Shown here: piece after piece, positions 33,727 to 45,800 of the stretch | How the letters are laid out: every line of letters begins with the position of its first letter | How positions within the stretch are numbered: position 1 is the stretch's first letter | From: Elsinoe ampelina | Lineage: Eukaryota | DNA length: 64,000 bases | Assembly (NCBI GenBank): GCA_010093995.1 | Contig: ML992503.1 | Location: 1,169,234-1,233,233, forward strand | Direction: 5' to 3' | Position numbers and translations under genes: made by a program | Notes under the pieces: generated by a model | Seen by the model: the letters and a program-made list of their open reading frames with translations, nothing else | Database searches by the model: none | What the model was told of the DNA's origin: nothing

Positions 33727-35511
33727 TTACTGAATCTGAGAGATCTTGCACTTCCATCCTGACTCCTGACTGAGGAGTGGCAGACTGCGAAATCGTCAGC
33801 GTGCTTCGAAGTACGAATGTGAAATTGCTTACCTTGCTCCGAGACACCATCCCAATTCATTACCCTTGATCTTCTTCGCGATTCTGACCTCCCTATCAAT
33901 GGGCATTTCGTAGCCAGTGTGCAAAAGTGCCAACATGAAGTTGAGATCCAGACAGCTCTCTGGTCTTCCATTCAGCTCTTCCATAGCGCCCTCAACGCCC
34001 TGAAACACCTCCCAGCTACCGGCCTTGCCACCCTGGCACACTCTGTGAGTGAGCTCCTTCAACTCACTCAAGTGGAAGCTGTCGGGCATGCCGAGCGGCT
34101 TAGTTCGGTCGTAGAAGTAGCTGAACAAGAAGACTTCCTCCCTGCTGAAAGTCTTGCTGAGGCTGGGCTGATGCACACCGTCAAATGCACATGGTGCAAG
34201 CTTGCATTCCTTCTCTTTCCTGAGTGTCTTCTCCGCAAGCGATCTGCACTGAGTGCCGCTGCCACTTGCAGGTCCGGTCATGTTGAGCTTCACGCTGTCG
34301 CCCAGAGGGTGATCCTTGCCGAGAGGTACTTCCACGCTTGTGCTCATACCAGGTACGATACACGGGTTCAAAACAGGCTTCTCGGTCCAGGCAGTGTCCT
34401 CTCCGTGCTTCTCGTGCATGGTATCCACGACCACTCGGTGAAGGTTCTCGCGGGCAGCCATGAGACCGTAGCCAAGGTAAGAGTGCTGATAGAGTGTAAA
34501 ATCTCTCCCGCCAAATGAGAGCTTGTACTTATGGTCTCCTTCTGAAAGTTGCTCTGGCATGCCACCCGCTTTGGCATCTGGGAAGGTCGGCTCAAAAACG
34601 ATCTGTGTCGAGCCTCCACCAAGGTCAAAGACTGCAGCGGTAGGAGTCTTGTCCGGGCCTCCAATCTTGCCGAGTAGGTAGTTCGTCGTAATCCAGGCGT
34701 AAACACCCTCATCCTTGCCGTCCATGACCTCAACACCACCCTTGCTCGCCTCGAGCACCGGGAAAGGATATGCTGTCTCCAATCTTGTCCTCACAGCCTT
34801 CAGTATAGCATCGCTCTTCTCAGGTCCCAGTTTTCGCAGACCCGCAGTCGCCTTGACGGCAATGGGTGTGCAGCCTTGAATGGCCTTCGGTACGTTCTTG
34901 ACTGCAACGTCCAGCAGGATATCCAAGCTCTTTGCAGCTGCCTCTGGGTCGTCGGGATACGAAGACAGCCCGGAACCTCCCTTCTTCGGCGCCGTCATCT
35001 CAAACCACTCTTTCTCGAGCTCAGGCGTGGCACCGCAATTGTTGAAGCGATAGACGTGGATTCTCGAGCCAGTGCTGCCAGCGTCCACCATCAGCGCATA
35101 TTGCACCAATGGCTTCGAAGGCGTGTGTGGCTTTGTGCATTTCTCCGTCGTCACTGAGGAATCCGAGGGTATCGAGCTTCCTCCGGCTGAGAAGTCTCCT
35201 ACCGCAGAGCCATAATGTGATGGTGCGAGGTAGAAGAGAACCAGGATTATGAAGGCGATGATGCCACCAGTTTTGAGGAATCTAGAGGGGACACCCATGA
35301 AGCCGGTTCTGTGATCTGACATGGAAGACGCTTTCGCGTTGAGATTTGTTGAGCGAGGGACGGGATTGTGTCGATCTAGTTTCTCGTGAGGGTCGAGCGA
35401 CCTGCGCGTCTTGGGTAGTGAGACGCTTGTCCTGCGGCGTGTAGATGTGAGATCGAGATATGACCAGAGACTGGATTTGGTTCCGTTACTGTCGTTGATG
35501 CCGCTTGACAT
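33727..35511 (-). CDS. GDA1: Golgi guanosine diphosphatase (GDA1/CD39 family), 578 aa; intron 33785-33832
   Basis: Apyrase conserved regions DAGSTGSRIHVY, KATAGLR, DEGVYAWITTNY, DLGGGSTQI and ELGWCLGA|SL, with an N-terminal TM anchor. Confidence 0.96.
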
Positions 35512-36020
35512 GCGGACTCGTGATTAGGAGGTAAGGAGTGAAAGTCCGGTCATCGATCGATGCAAGGGAAATTTTGGCCGGAGACAGCTCCCAGGAGGAA
35601 AGATTCAGGTACTATAGGATCGTGGAAAGCCCTGAATGCGCCCTCGAAAAGTCCAGAGATGGAAGAAGAGGAATTGAGAACCGCTCAGGTGTAAGTTACG
35701 TGAAATTGGAACAAATTGACGGCAAGTTGGATGCATCCTTCAAGCAATTCGCGTGAAGCCCCTGGGTGCCGATCATTGGCGGGACCCTGATTTTTGCAGG
35801 CCACATCCCCTTTGGGAACAGCACGCCGCCATTGGATTCGGACTTGTCAGTTACACTTCGTGACTTTCACGTGACGATGGTGCAAATGTTCGATATGCAA
35901 GAGAAGAGTCATACGTGCAACCAATCTACGTAAAGGACGCCATGACAACGCCATGCAGGACAAAGACCACCGCCCGTGCTATGCATCACAATTGCCACCA
36001 TATCCATCCACCTGGTTTCG

Positions 36021-37514
36021 TTACAACTCGATGGCAAAGCGCTCCCTGATTCTCTGGCCAAACACGTAGAAGAGGATTGGCGCCGGCGCTATGACTACCG
36101 AGAGAAACCCAAAGACCGAAATACCCCAACCAACGCCAATGGCCTCGATGAGTCTCGGTGTGAAAAGAGGCACGACACCGCCCACAAGACTCCTAAAAAC
36201 CGCGCCGGCAGCAATGGCTGATGCTGCAAACTTTTCGAAACTGTCGATGTAGTAATTCTGAACTGTATTTAGAATCATGACCTGTCCAAGACCATAGAAG
36301 AAAGTTGCGATAATGGAGACGCTCCAATGAAGGTGAAGCTCGACAGCCCATGCGAACCAGAACAGACTGATGGGGATCAAGACAGATCCAATGTTGGCAA
36401 GTGGTAGGCGATACTCCGGCTTTGATTTGCCTCCGTTCTTGGAAGTCAAGTTCTGATACACCGTGTCTATTCGAGGTACAAGGAACCACACTGCAGTGAG
36501 AAATCCGATGCCGGGTCCGAGATAGAGAAGACCGACCTGTTCAGTATTGAAGCCATAACGATCCTGGTAGATGGATTGAAAGTTTGTGTAGATGCTGTAG
36601 GTCGTTCCGAAGACGAGAGCCTGGTAGACAGACATGGTAACAACTATCGGTTGAATGAAGATGCGAAGCGGGCGGGACAGTGCTCTCAGTATCTTGGAGC
36701 CAAGTGGTGTCTCGTCGTACCCATCCACCCTATACCTGCCCGAGACACCTTCTTCCTTCTCGAGCTCGACCTTTTTCTTGGAGAGAACGATTGGCGCATA
36801 GCTCTCTCGCAGAAAAAAGTAGCCAGCAAGTGTGTTGATGCCGCAGACGATAGTGAGGAGGAAGAAGATCCAGCGCCAGTTCAGTCGCTGAACTACCACG
36901 CCTCCGAAAACAGGTCCAATGGTGGGTCCGAGAAGGGGTCCTAGCAAGTACCATCCATAGATGCTGGCTCGCTCATTCGGCGTAAACATGTCGCTGATTG
37001 TGCCTCCGCCGTTGGCGATGCCTACACTGCCATAGAAGCCAGCAATCGTCCTCATAGCGATCAGGGTCTGAATGTTTGGCGCCAAAGCAGTCGGTATCTG
37101 CAACAGCGAGAAGACACCAAAGCAGATCAGATATAGATTGCGTCGACCATACGTCTCGGACAGTGGTGCGAGGAACAGAGGACCGATACCCAGACAGACC
37201 ACGAACCCTGTAGTCGTCCCAATGACTGTGTTCTTGTCTGTTCCAAGGTCGTCTGCGATCTGCTGTAGACCAGGAGTAAATGCAGAGCTTGCTAGAGGTG
37301 ATAAGATAGACATCATGGCAATCACGAAGACGTTGACCATCTTCCGCCTCCTCGGCCAGTTGCGTGGATTCGTCTCATCGCCGTCCTCGAATTTGAGTAG
37401 CTTTCTCGTATCTTCGTCGACGGCATCACGACCAGAGAGATTCTCATCGAGCAAGGGCGTCTCCTCGTTTGTATCGTGACGCGATGGCCGGTTCTCCTCG
37501 ACGTGTGGCGGCAT
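36021..37514 (-). CDS. MFS transporter, DHA1 (drug:H+ antiporter) family, 497 aa
   Basis: NPRNW, APLSETYGRR, GPLLGPTIGPVFGG, WRWIF and PEYRL motifs; about 12 TM segments. Confidence 0.95.
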   Translation of the reverse strand: MPPHVEENRPSRHDTNEETPLLDENLSGRDAVDEDTRKLLKFEDGDETNPRNWPRRRKMVNVFVIAMMSILSPLASSAFTPGLQQIADDLGTDKNTVIGTTTGFVVCLGIGPLFLAPLSETYGRRNLYLICFGVFSLLQIPTALAPNIQTLIAMRTIAGFYGSVGIANGGGTISDMFTPNERASIYGWYLLGPLLGPTIGPVFGGVVVQRLNWRWIFFLLTIVCGINTLAGYFFLRESYAPIVLSKKKVELEKEEGVSGRYRVDGYDETPLGSKILRALSRPLRIFIQPIVVTMSVYQALVFGTTYSIYTNFQSIYQDRYGFNTEQVGLLYLGPGIGFLTAVWFLVPRIDTVYQNLTSKNGGKSKPEYRLPLANIGSVLIPISLFWFAWAVELHLHWSVSIIATFFYGLGQVMILNTVQNYYIDSFEKFAASAIAAGAVFRSLVGGVVPLFTPRLIEAIGVGWGISVFGFLSVVIAPAPILFYVFGQRIRERFAIEL

Positions 37515-37993
37515 GGCTAAAGTTATATGTAGCTCACGTGGCTCGACGGTCGATCTGCGATGACTCTGCGCTGCTTGTGCTTAACCGGGTAACTCTAGAG
37601 CTGGCGTCTCGAGTATTGCTGTTCGACAGCCACCAAGAACAAGATACCTCAAAGGTGCTGAAGAGATTTTGGACGTCGAGAGGAGAAAAGCACGCGCGCA
37701 CCTACCTCTTTTCATGGTCAGACCTCGAAGGGACCTGGAGTGGAGGTGAGAGCCTAACAATGACGTTTGGGCAAATTAGCGGGCGCTTCACAGATCACAG
37801 ATCCTGGATCTGCTTCAAATCTGAAGAGCCGCAAAAGAGGACCCTGCGGGCTTTTCTCCTGCAGCCAGACAATCCTCCTTCCGATCTCCCCCTTCTCCGA
37901 TTGGACGACCTGCTGCGAACTCAAGCTACACAAGCAATACCCATCACCTTAGCCGATTGGAACGCACCATCATGCGAGTAGACGCTTCGTGTA

Positions 37994-39016
37994 ATGACGA
38001 GCCCGTTTCCAACAGCGACCTCTACGCCAGGTCAAGGGACGATTGATCTCATTCAGGTGCCACCTCTGGCATCAGCACTTCGTCAATTCTCATATCAATA
38101 TCCTTTGAAATTGGTGGCTCCGGCCCCGCTCACCTCGGACGATGAAATTTCCATCCAGACGGTGTACCTGCTAAGTTATGGCGGTGGTCTCGTCGGAGGT
38201 GACAGCATTGATTTAAATGTGTCGTTAGATCATGGCGTCCGGCTCATACTCTTGACGCAAGGCAGCACCAAGATCTTCAAATCTCCCTCTCCAGCCGTTC
38301 TCACCAGCCAGTTGACTACAGTGCGAGTGCTATCTGGAGCTGGCTTGTGCTATCTCCCAGATCCTGTGCAGCCGTTCGAGAAAAGCTGTTTCGAGCAAAA
38401 GCAGACGTATCACATCAAAGCGTCTATCGAGTCTGGAACGTCCAGCACAGGTTCGATGTGTGTGCTGGACTGGGTTTCGCAGGGCAGAACCGCGCGCGGG
38501 GAGAATTGGAACATGTGGAGATATGTCTCTCGCAATGACGTCTGGCTTCATTCAGGCGAGGATGAGCATGCGAAGAGGCGACTACTCCTTCGCGACAAAG
38601 TCATCTTGGATCCAAACCCAGGGGGTGATGGTTCCAGCACTTCACCGAGCTATGCAGAACGAATGCATAGACAGGGTGTGTTCGGCACCCTCATCCTGTT
38701 CGGGCCTTTGACGACATCACTGGCGGACTTCTTCCACGATGAATTCAAGCTTGTCCCACGTATCGGTGGGAGGAAATGGGACGGATCAGACGATGGCAAG
38801 GAGCCCACAGAAGTTGAAGTACGAAGGGAACTTCGACAACGACAAGAAGCATCTGATGGCTTGTTGTGGTCAGTTGCTACTCTCCGAGGCTGCACAGTGG
38901 TCAAGTTTGGGGCACGAGAAGTAGAGGGGGCCAAGCGTTGGCTGAAGACCATGCTCGAAACCGAGGGAAGTGTTATCAGACACTACGGCGAGCGCGCTAT
39001 GCTATGCTTGAGGTGA
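37994..39016 (+). CDS. ureD: Urease accessory protein UreD, 340 aa
   Basis: YQYPLKL, LSYGGGLVGGD, LTQGSTKIFK, LPDPVQPF, LDWVSQGRTARGENW. Confidence 0.94.
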   Translation: MTSPFPTATSTPGQGTIDLIQVPPLASALRQFSYQYPLKLVAPAPLTSDDEISIQTVYLLSYGGGLVGGDSIDLNVSLDHGVRLILLTQGSTKIFKSPSPAVLTSQLTTVRVLSGAGLCYLPDPVQPFEKSCFEQKQTYHIKASIESGTSSTGSMCVLDWVSQGRTARGENWNMWRYVSRNDVWLHSGEDEHAKRRLLLRDKVILDPNPGGDGSSTSPSYAERMHRQGVFGTLILFGPLTTSLADFFHDEFKLVPRIGGRKWDGSDDGKEPTEVEVRRELRQRQEASDGLLWSVATLRGCTVVKFGAREVEGAKRWLKTMLETEGSVIRHYGERAMLCLR

Positions 39017-39685
39017 AGGACTGGACTGCCAGGACGCGCCAATTCGCTGGCCTGGAGCAATGCCGAGCTATGCCATATCGCCTGTCTCGGCGGTACTATC
39101 AGTCGATGATGCGAGTGGTTGCATTCAAACCATGAATTAAGGCATGCATTACTGCGCCTTCTTCAACGATAGAGGCTGTTTGCGACGCCTAGAGCTTCCA
39201 AGGAATTCGCGGACGACCATAGACGCTGTCGCTACGTGTCTTCGACCAACACTTTTTGTGCAGCCATACGACACATTTACAAACTCAAAAGAGTGTCCAT
39301 ATTGTCGTAGTGCATCTATCGAGGTGCTGCGACACTATTTGGAGAAGCTCGCTGCTTCGAGCTCTGCTCTCATGTGCTCCGACGTCGGCGACGCCATGCA
39401 TGAGGCTGTGCACCGATACACAACTTGTGGCATCACAATGCAGGACAGAAAATTTCCTCGACATAGCCCGACTATATCGCAGATGGCTCGATCGTGTGCC
39501 TTACGGTTGCAGTATTCTGGATATTTCTGTCTATAAGTACATTCGGCTTGCTCGATCAGACAGGATCATGACCGTACACACTTCGCCGGTCTGTCCTATA
39601 TTCTCGAAGCGGACAAGAAAGCATCATTCAATAAGTCAACGTACCCAATCCTCGATCATCGCCACTATTACTCAACAACATCACA

Positions 39686-39943
39686 ATGTACTCTCACACA
39701 GGCGACCTCGCTGCCCGCCTCTACATGAAGATGTGCCAGACCAGCAGGACAACCTCCGACAAGAGCAAGGCCGTTACTACGACATGTACACTTGCTGTAA
39801 GCCCATCCAGACGTGTACATGGCCGACCAGCCCTGACATATGATGCGAAGACCTCACCGCCGATGGACCAGTCATGCCAGACGATTGTCGCCTCAAGGGC
39901 AAGCTTCGCGGGAGATGTTTTCAGGGCCATTTACCATATATGA
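39686..39943 (+). CDS. Possible small orphan gene or gene relic (85 aa; 67 aa if intron 39797-39850 is spliced)
   Basis: TATAAGTA at 39532, CAA-rich leader, cacaATG context, and an in-frame GTAAGC...CTGAC...AAG intron-like segment. No recognisable family. Confidence 0.3.
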   Translation: MYSHTGDLAARLYMKMCQTSRTTSDKSKAVTTTCTLAVSPSRRVHGRPALTYDAKTSPPMDQSCQTIVASRASFAGDVFRAIYHI

Positions 39944-40086
39944 TACCTCCTCGGACGCTTCGAAGCATGTATTATTATTATATTCCTACCACATCCTCGC
40001 CTTCTCAGCCAGAGTGCATGTAGCACCAGCCATACTTCAACAATGAACAACCCCCTTCCTTCCTTCCTCCAGCATCATCTGACCAG

Positions 40087-41547
40087 CTAAAACCTAGCAT
40101 TATGCCTCCCCCTCTCCCCCGGCCCCGGCTTCACCACCCTCAATGCCTCCACGTTATGCTTCTTCGGCGGCACGGGGCAAAACTGCGCCTCCGCCGGCTG
40201 TCCCCCCGCTATCCCCACCCCACTCACACTCATGGTGATATAATCCGCAAACTGCGCCGCATACAGAATATTCTGCTGATTGCTCGTATCCACAATATCA
40301 CTGACCGTGAGCTGGCGTCCCTTGTTATCCGGGCCCGTCCCGACCACGCCGTCCGGGATCTGGATGTGCAGACGCAGACCCTGGTGTTTGGCGATGTCGC
40401 CGCGTTGCCAGGTGTAGGTGCCGTCGGGGACGGGGACGAGGTTGGAGCCCGTGCCTTGGATGTCGAGTTGGAGGTTGGAGAAGTTGGTGGTGTTGATGTA
40501 GATTGCGACGGGGTTGGCGATGGAGACGGAGACGCCGGAGCGGGCGAGTTTGTTGATGCCGTCGCCGATCTGGGAGGGGGTTAGGGATGTGGTGGAGGGA
40601 GGAGAGGGAGGGGGTCAAGGGGGAAAGGGGCTTACGGCTGGGTCGGAGTTGCGGCTGGGGTCGCCGTATTTGGAGCAGTTGATCAGTTTGGTCCTGTCGG
40701 TGACGATGTTGCCGTTTGGGTCTTTGCGGATGACGGTGCCTTGGGCGGCGATGTCGACTTCGGCGCTGAGAGAGTTGTTGGGTTGCACGAGGTGCATGAT
40801 GGTGCCGGTGGTGGTGGAGTTGTTCCACTTGTTGGTCGGATTGTAGGTGCCGTCTGGGTTCACCAGATCGGATAGCTGGATCTGGTTGGAAAATGCTGGG
40901 TTGCAAGCCTTGTACAGGCCCAGGACTTTGTTCATGTCAAGGGAGCCAAGGAACTGCCAGTACTAGTAGATGTAAGCTGACGGTGACGCAGTAGTCACTC
41001 CAGGTCACCCACCTCTGGGCCTTCACAGGTAAAGGTCACACTGTCAATGGTGTTTCCGGTCCTTTGGACAGTCCACTCGAGGTACTCGTCTTGGTTGTCA
41101 CGAGTCTTGTCTGCCTCAATCCAGCGTTCTGGTTCGTTTGGGTACCTGACTTGCATCTGAAAAAATTGTCAGCTACAGCTCCAACCCATACGTCGCAGCG
41201 AGACATGCATTCCTCGGAAATCCGATCCAGGTGATGACCACGGGTGTCTGATCAACGTCATAGGCCGTGACAGTGCCATTGAAAAACTGTGGCAATGGAG
41301 TGCGTACGACATTGTCGCCACCGAGCAGTGGGGAACCATCATCGTTCTTCGCAGTGATCTCGGTGTTCATCCAATCAGCGATGTAGTCGGTGGACCAAGT
41401 AGCTCGCTGATCTGCGGTGAGGCCGTCGTCGACACTTGGATACCCAGGGGGGTCGAACTCGGCAAGCGTCTCGACCCTTACAAGAGGCTGTTTGTCGGCA
41501 GCGACCTTGATGCTGTCGGAGCGGACGGTGTCGATGATATCGGCCAT
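40087..41547 (-). CDS. Conserved-looking protein of unknown function (QDEYLEW/FTCEGPEYW motifs), 430 aa; introns 41157-41208 (GC-AG), 40963-41012, 40570-40635
   Basis: Three introns with branch points join four ORF fragments into one 431-codon frame: WIGFPRN|MQ...QDEYLEW...VTFTCEGPE|YWQFL...YNPTNKWN...HLVQPNNSLSAEVDIAA...YGDPSRNSDPA|IGDGIN. Confidence 0.85.
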
Positions 41548-42838
41548 TGTCTATGCGGGAAGGAGAAGAACTGCAAGAAGTTATGAGGAAGTAGGAGATG
41601 TGGTTGAGTTGACCTCGATACTTGTGGGACGGCCACCTCTATAAACCTATGGCGGGTGCAGGCCAGGAACAACATTTCCCAATGCAGCCAGTCAACAGTA
41701 TATACGGCGTTGGCATGTCGTTCAAGCAATTCGAGTCCGTTCGCATCGATACTTGAGCATCAGGCTGGCTGAGGGTAGATCCCCGTTGGCAGCAGGTCTC
41801 CCTATTCAGCTCAAGATGGCGCGTTTACAGCGACTTCAATCAAGCAACAAATCAATAGCTCGATGATCTTCACCACACAAGGACGCGTAACGTAACGCAC
41901 CTTCATACCGAGACGACTTCAGGGTTCAAACGACGAGGGCACATGTTGTCGAGAAAAACGCTGTGTCTCTCTGATGTCGATCTCCACCTGACAACCGTTG
42001 GGGAATCTTGGTGTCCCTCGGCCCGCTCCTCTGCGCTCTTTTTTCGTCCACCTGCTGTTCCACTGTGATGTCGTTGCAATATCACGTACACGTATCGCTG
42101 CATACTTTGATCCAATCATCCAAGATGGATCCTGAGTCTCTTGTTGCCGCTGTCGTGACCAGATGACCATTCGGAACCAGCATTGCGCCCTTTGAGACGT
42201 TGAACGCAGGGTACAGGGTCTTGAGTCGCTTCTACTGACTGTTGCAAGTCCCATCTCGCATGCAGCTCCATTTTGGATGTCTCAAGATGCAGGGTCGCGA
42301 CCGTTATGCTGCAGCTGATGGGAACAGCAACATTACGCCGAACTATGCAACGGGTCTATCTGCTTAGCTGCAAGCTCATGACACTTGTGGAGTATCCAGT
42401 GCCTGGAATGGTTCACTCCATCCATCAGCCCTCGGCGAATGCGACCTCATCGTTGAGCTAGAGATGAGCCCACAGCGGTCAGACACGCTATCCTGCAGGT
42501 GTTCTACAGCTCGCAGCCAATCACGGCCGTGCCGTATATCCCTCAAATCGATATATTGAGTACAGCACTTCATACAGACGCTTCATCCATCTCCTCATGC
42601 AGAGACGTTCGAAATCAGTACACCAACTTGCGATGATCTTGCTCTACATTGGGGGAGCTAAGCGACCTGTCTTCATGGGCGGAGCGATCGCCTGTTTGCT
42701 GAGAGACATGGTTGCCACAAGGATTCGTATTGGCCACTCACTTGGGTAGCCAGACTGAAAGCCATAAATTTGGTGCCATGATCCGTCATTGATCGTCTAC
42801 CACTTTTACGTGATTCTACAATTTCTTTTCGCTTCATC

Positions 42839-45800
42839 ATGACACAAAACCTTTATTGGGCTGACTTCCTGCGAACGCAGCTCAACGGGAGGAAAGATAC
42901 GCTCGCAGATCAAGCTTTTCTTAACTTGAACTTCACCGACTTCTTCGGGCAATGGCTTCGTACAGATCAGAACTCCTCTGTTGAGTCTTTCGATGGCCTA
43001 CTGCAGATCTTCTGGGGTGAGTCATCTTCAGATTGAGGTGCCGAATGCGCTAAAGCGATTGTAGGCGGCTCGCAGGCCAATCCTCCGCTCTATCAAGTCA
43101 ACACTTTCGTTATCGCTGATGCCGGTTTCCTCAACAAGAAGACAATCCCAAATGCGGACTGGTTCAGCCCACATATACGTCTTGTATCCATCGTCACTTT
43201 GGCTGGGAAGACGCCATTCACCACCAACCCAGCAGAGTGGACGCTTTGTATCGTTGGGAGCGCCGACTTGACACAGACAAGCAGGGACTCATCATTCCTG
43301 CAAGTTGCCTCATGGGACAGCAAGCTTCTTAGGTTCTATCAGGTGAGCACACACAGGGTGACTGCGACGAATTCATTCTGACGGTGCTACAGAACGACTT
43401 CATCAATGGTCCTGATGGACAACCGACCACTGTCCAAGCGTGGAACTACTTTGGAAACTCCATGGATGCCTTCGGACCCAGCTCATACCTCGGCCCGTTC
43501 AATGGCCACGTGAACGGTGCGGTCATAATGAAGGAACTGCACGCGTGAGTACTACATAGCTCGAGAAATGCTTCGACCTGATTGTTTTCAGCCCGTGGAT
43601 TCACTGGTATGGCAGCAGCGCTGGTGGTAGTCTGCCAGGATTCGACAGCGATTTTACAGCTTGTTTCTCTCAAAAGAACCGAGACGACTTCAAGAAGGCA
43701 CCGTATATTACTCAAGTAGGGCAAGCGATGCTTTCGGCCGTTGACCAGAACCCAAATGATCTGGAGGGCTTCATCAAAACCGGTGTATTGAATTGGTTTA
43801 CTAATCGTCAAACTTGGGACTTCTTCGACAGTCAGCGGAACAACCTACAAGAACATCCCAAGAATGTGGACAGATGGACAGCTCATCTTTTCTTGACCAC
43901 GACGATCAATATTGCCACAGCGTCGCAAAACAGTGAGGGCACAGCATGGATTGTGCCCAACGACCATTTTTACGATCAGGAACTGCTCTCACAATCATTC
44001 ATAAGTGCGTTGCTAGTAAGTTGACGATATCGTGCATCTCAGGATGACTTCTGACATTCTGAAGCCGGGAGAACTTCTTACCATCACTTTCACGCCGGAC
44101 CAGTATAAGTCAGCCCTCGACACCGTCGGTCTCTCCATGCTTCAGGAGGATTTCAGCGACCCGGGGCACCCGTGGCCTGCCGACTACATCCAGCGATCGT
44201 GGCGTTCTTTCTCTGGAGGTACAGGACCAAACGTCGGGTTCAGGAAAGTGTTGGAGAACAACGAGGGACAAGCGGCATTCAACATTCTTCAAGCATCCAT
44301 GGAAGACGCTCAAGGTGTTAGTAAGATGCAAATGCTCAAGAAGGTCAATGGTTCCTGGATGGGTCTATTCTCTACCAAGGTCCTCTACGCCATCATCATG
44401 CTTGATTTTTGGAACCCGATCTACTCCTGGCGCCGCGGAAAGCTCATGGAGTACGTACCGCCGACCACTACTTTGGTTGACGGAAAGACATATGACCTCG
44501 AAGCGAACTTTATAACAAACGTGAAGAACTCAACATACTGCACGCAGGAACAGCAGGACAGTCCAGAATATCAATTCATCCAGCTACTGGACGTTGCTAT
44601 TCAGACACACCAGTCGAACATATCGAAGTACTACGCTGCAATCCGGGGACGTTTTGCAACTGATCCGGTCGCTGCACTGATAGAGAATCTGACCCTTGCG
44701 GAGTCCCGACGTCGTATCTACAGACCACTCCCTCTGGACGAGTTCGGATACACCATGCCATATGCCCTGGGCATTCCAGAAGACGCTCCTCTTGTGGAGA
44801 TGACGGCTGCTGGTACGACAACACAGATACCGGAGCGAGGCATCCGCTTCTTCACCGAGTGGACAGACTCTCTTGCTAATGCGAATCCTCACGTCATCCC
44901 GGATCCGACGAATGGGGCGACTCCAGGGCTGATGAACGCCAAATCACTCCCACGAGCAGCAGGTCTTGCATTACGCTGCCAAGCACCTACTTCAGCTACA
45001 CCGGCACCTCGCATGGCATTCGCTCAGTCGTGCCCCTTTCTCGCTAGCCGGAGAGCTGATGAGGCCGATCGACTTGATTCGGTAGTGGAAACGACACCTG
45101 TTCCGACATGGACTGACGATATCCTCCCAATGATACAGTCTCCGTACTGGCTACCTGCCGCGTCTCGGGCTAGCACAGGAGCTGGATGGATCGGGGCCAT
45201 GAAATATTGGAGCGGACTCCAACTCGATAACTACGAGAACGTCAAGGACAAGTGCGTCACTATATATGAGCACTTGCGGTCGAGGACGATGCCGGTCACT
45301 GACAATCCAGATGAGTACTGGCCAGAGGAGGCTCTTGAGACGTTGCGTTCCTGGGCGAATGGAGGGTTTCCACAGGTTAAGACAGACGCACCTACTCCTC
45401 AGACTGTGATCCCTACCCCGGTCCAGCCGATCCCAGCATATAGGGTCAGAAGAGACATCATGAGTCTATCGGCAGACGAGCTTGCTGTCTATCAGTCAAA
45501 GCTGGATGCTGCACTGGACCCTGGTCAACTTGGTACCAAGTGGCAGGAGCTCGGACTATTACGTACGTGGATTTTGAGGTTGGCTGGCATCATGCTGACA
45601 TGTCGTAGATACCGAGTGGTGTTTGCACTATCAGGAAGCGACGTTCTTGTGGCACCGCGCATACCTCAGGCAGGTCGAGGAGCTCATCGACTACCCGATC
45701 CCGTACTGGAATGGCTATGCCAAAGATTCGAGTGATCCAGACTCTCCATACGCAGGGATACCTGCCGTCTTCTTCGAAGATACCTACAAGCATCCTGATG

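Noticed and set aside
36021..39016. MFS transporter divergent from ureD as a urea/nickel module
   Set aside because: The transporter has DHA1 drug-antiporter motifs, not urea or nickel permease motifs; adjacency alone is not evidence.
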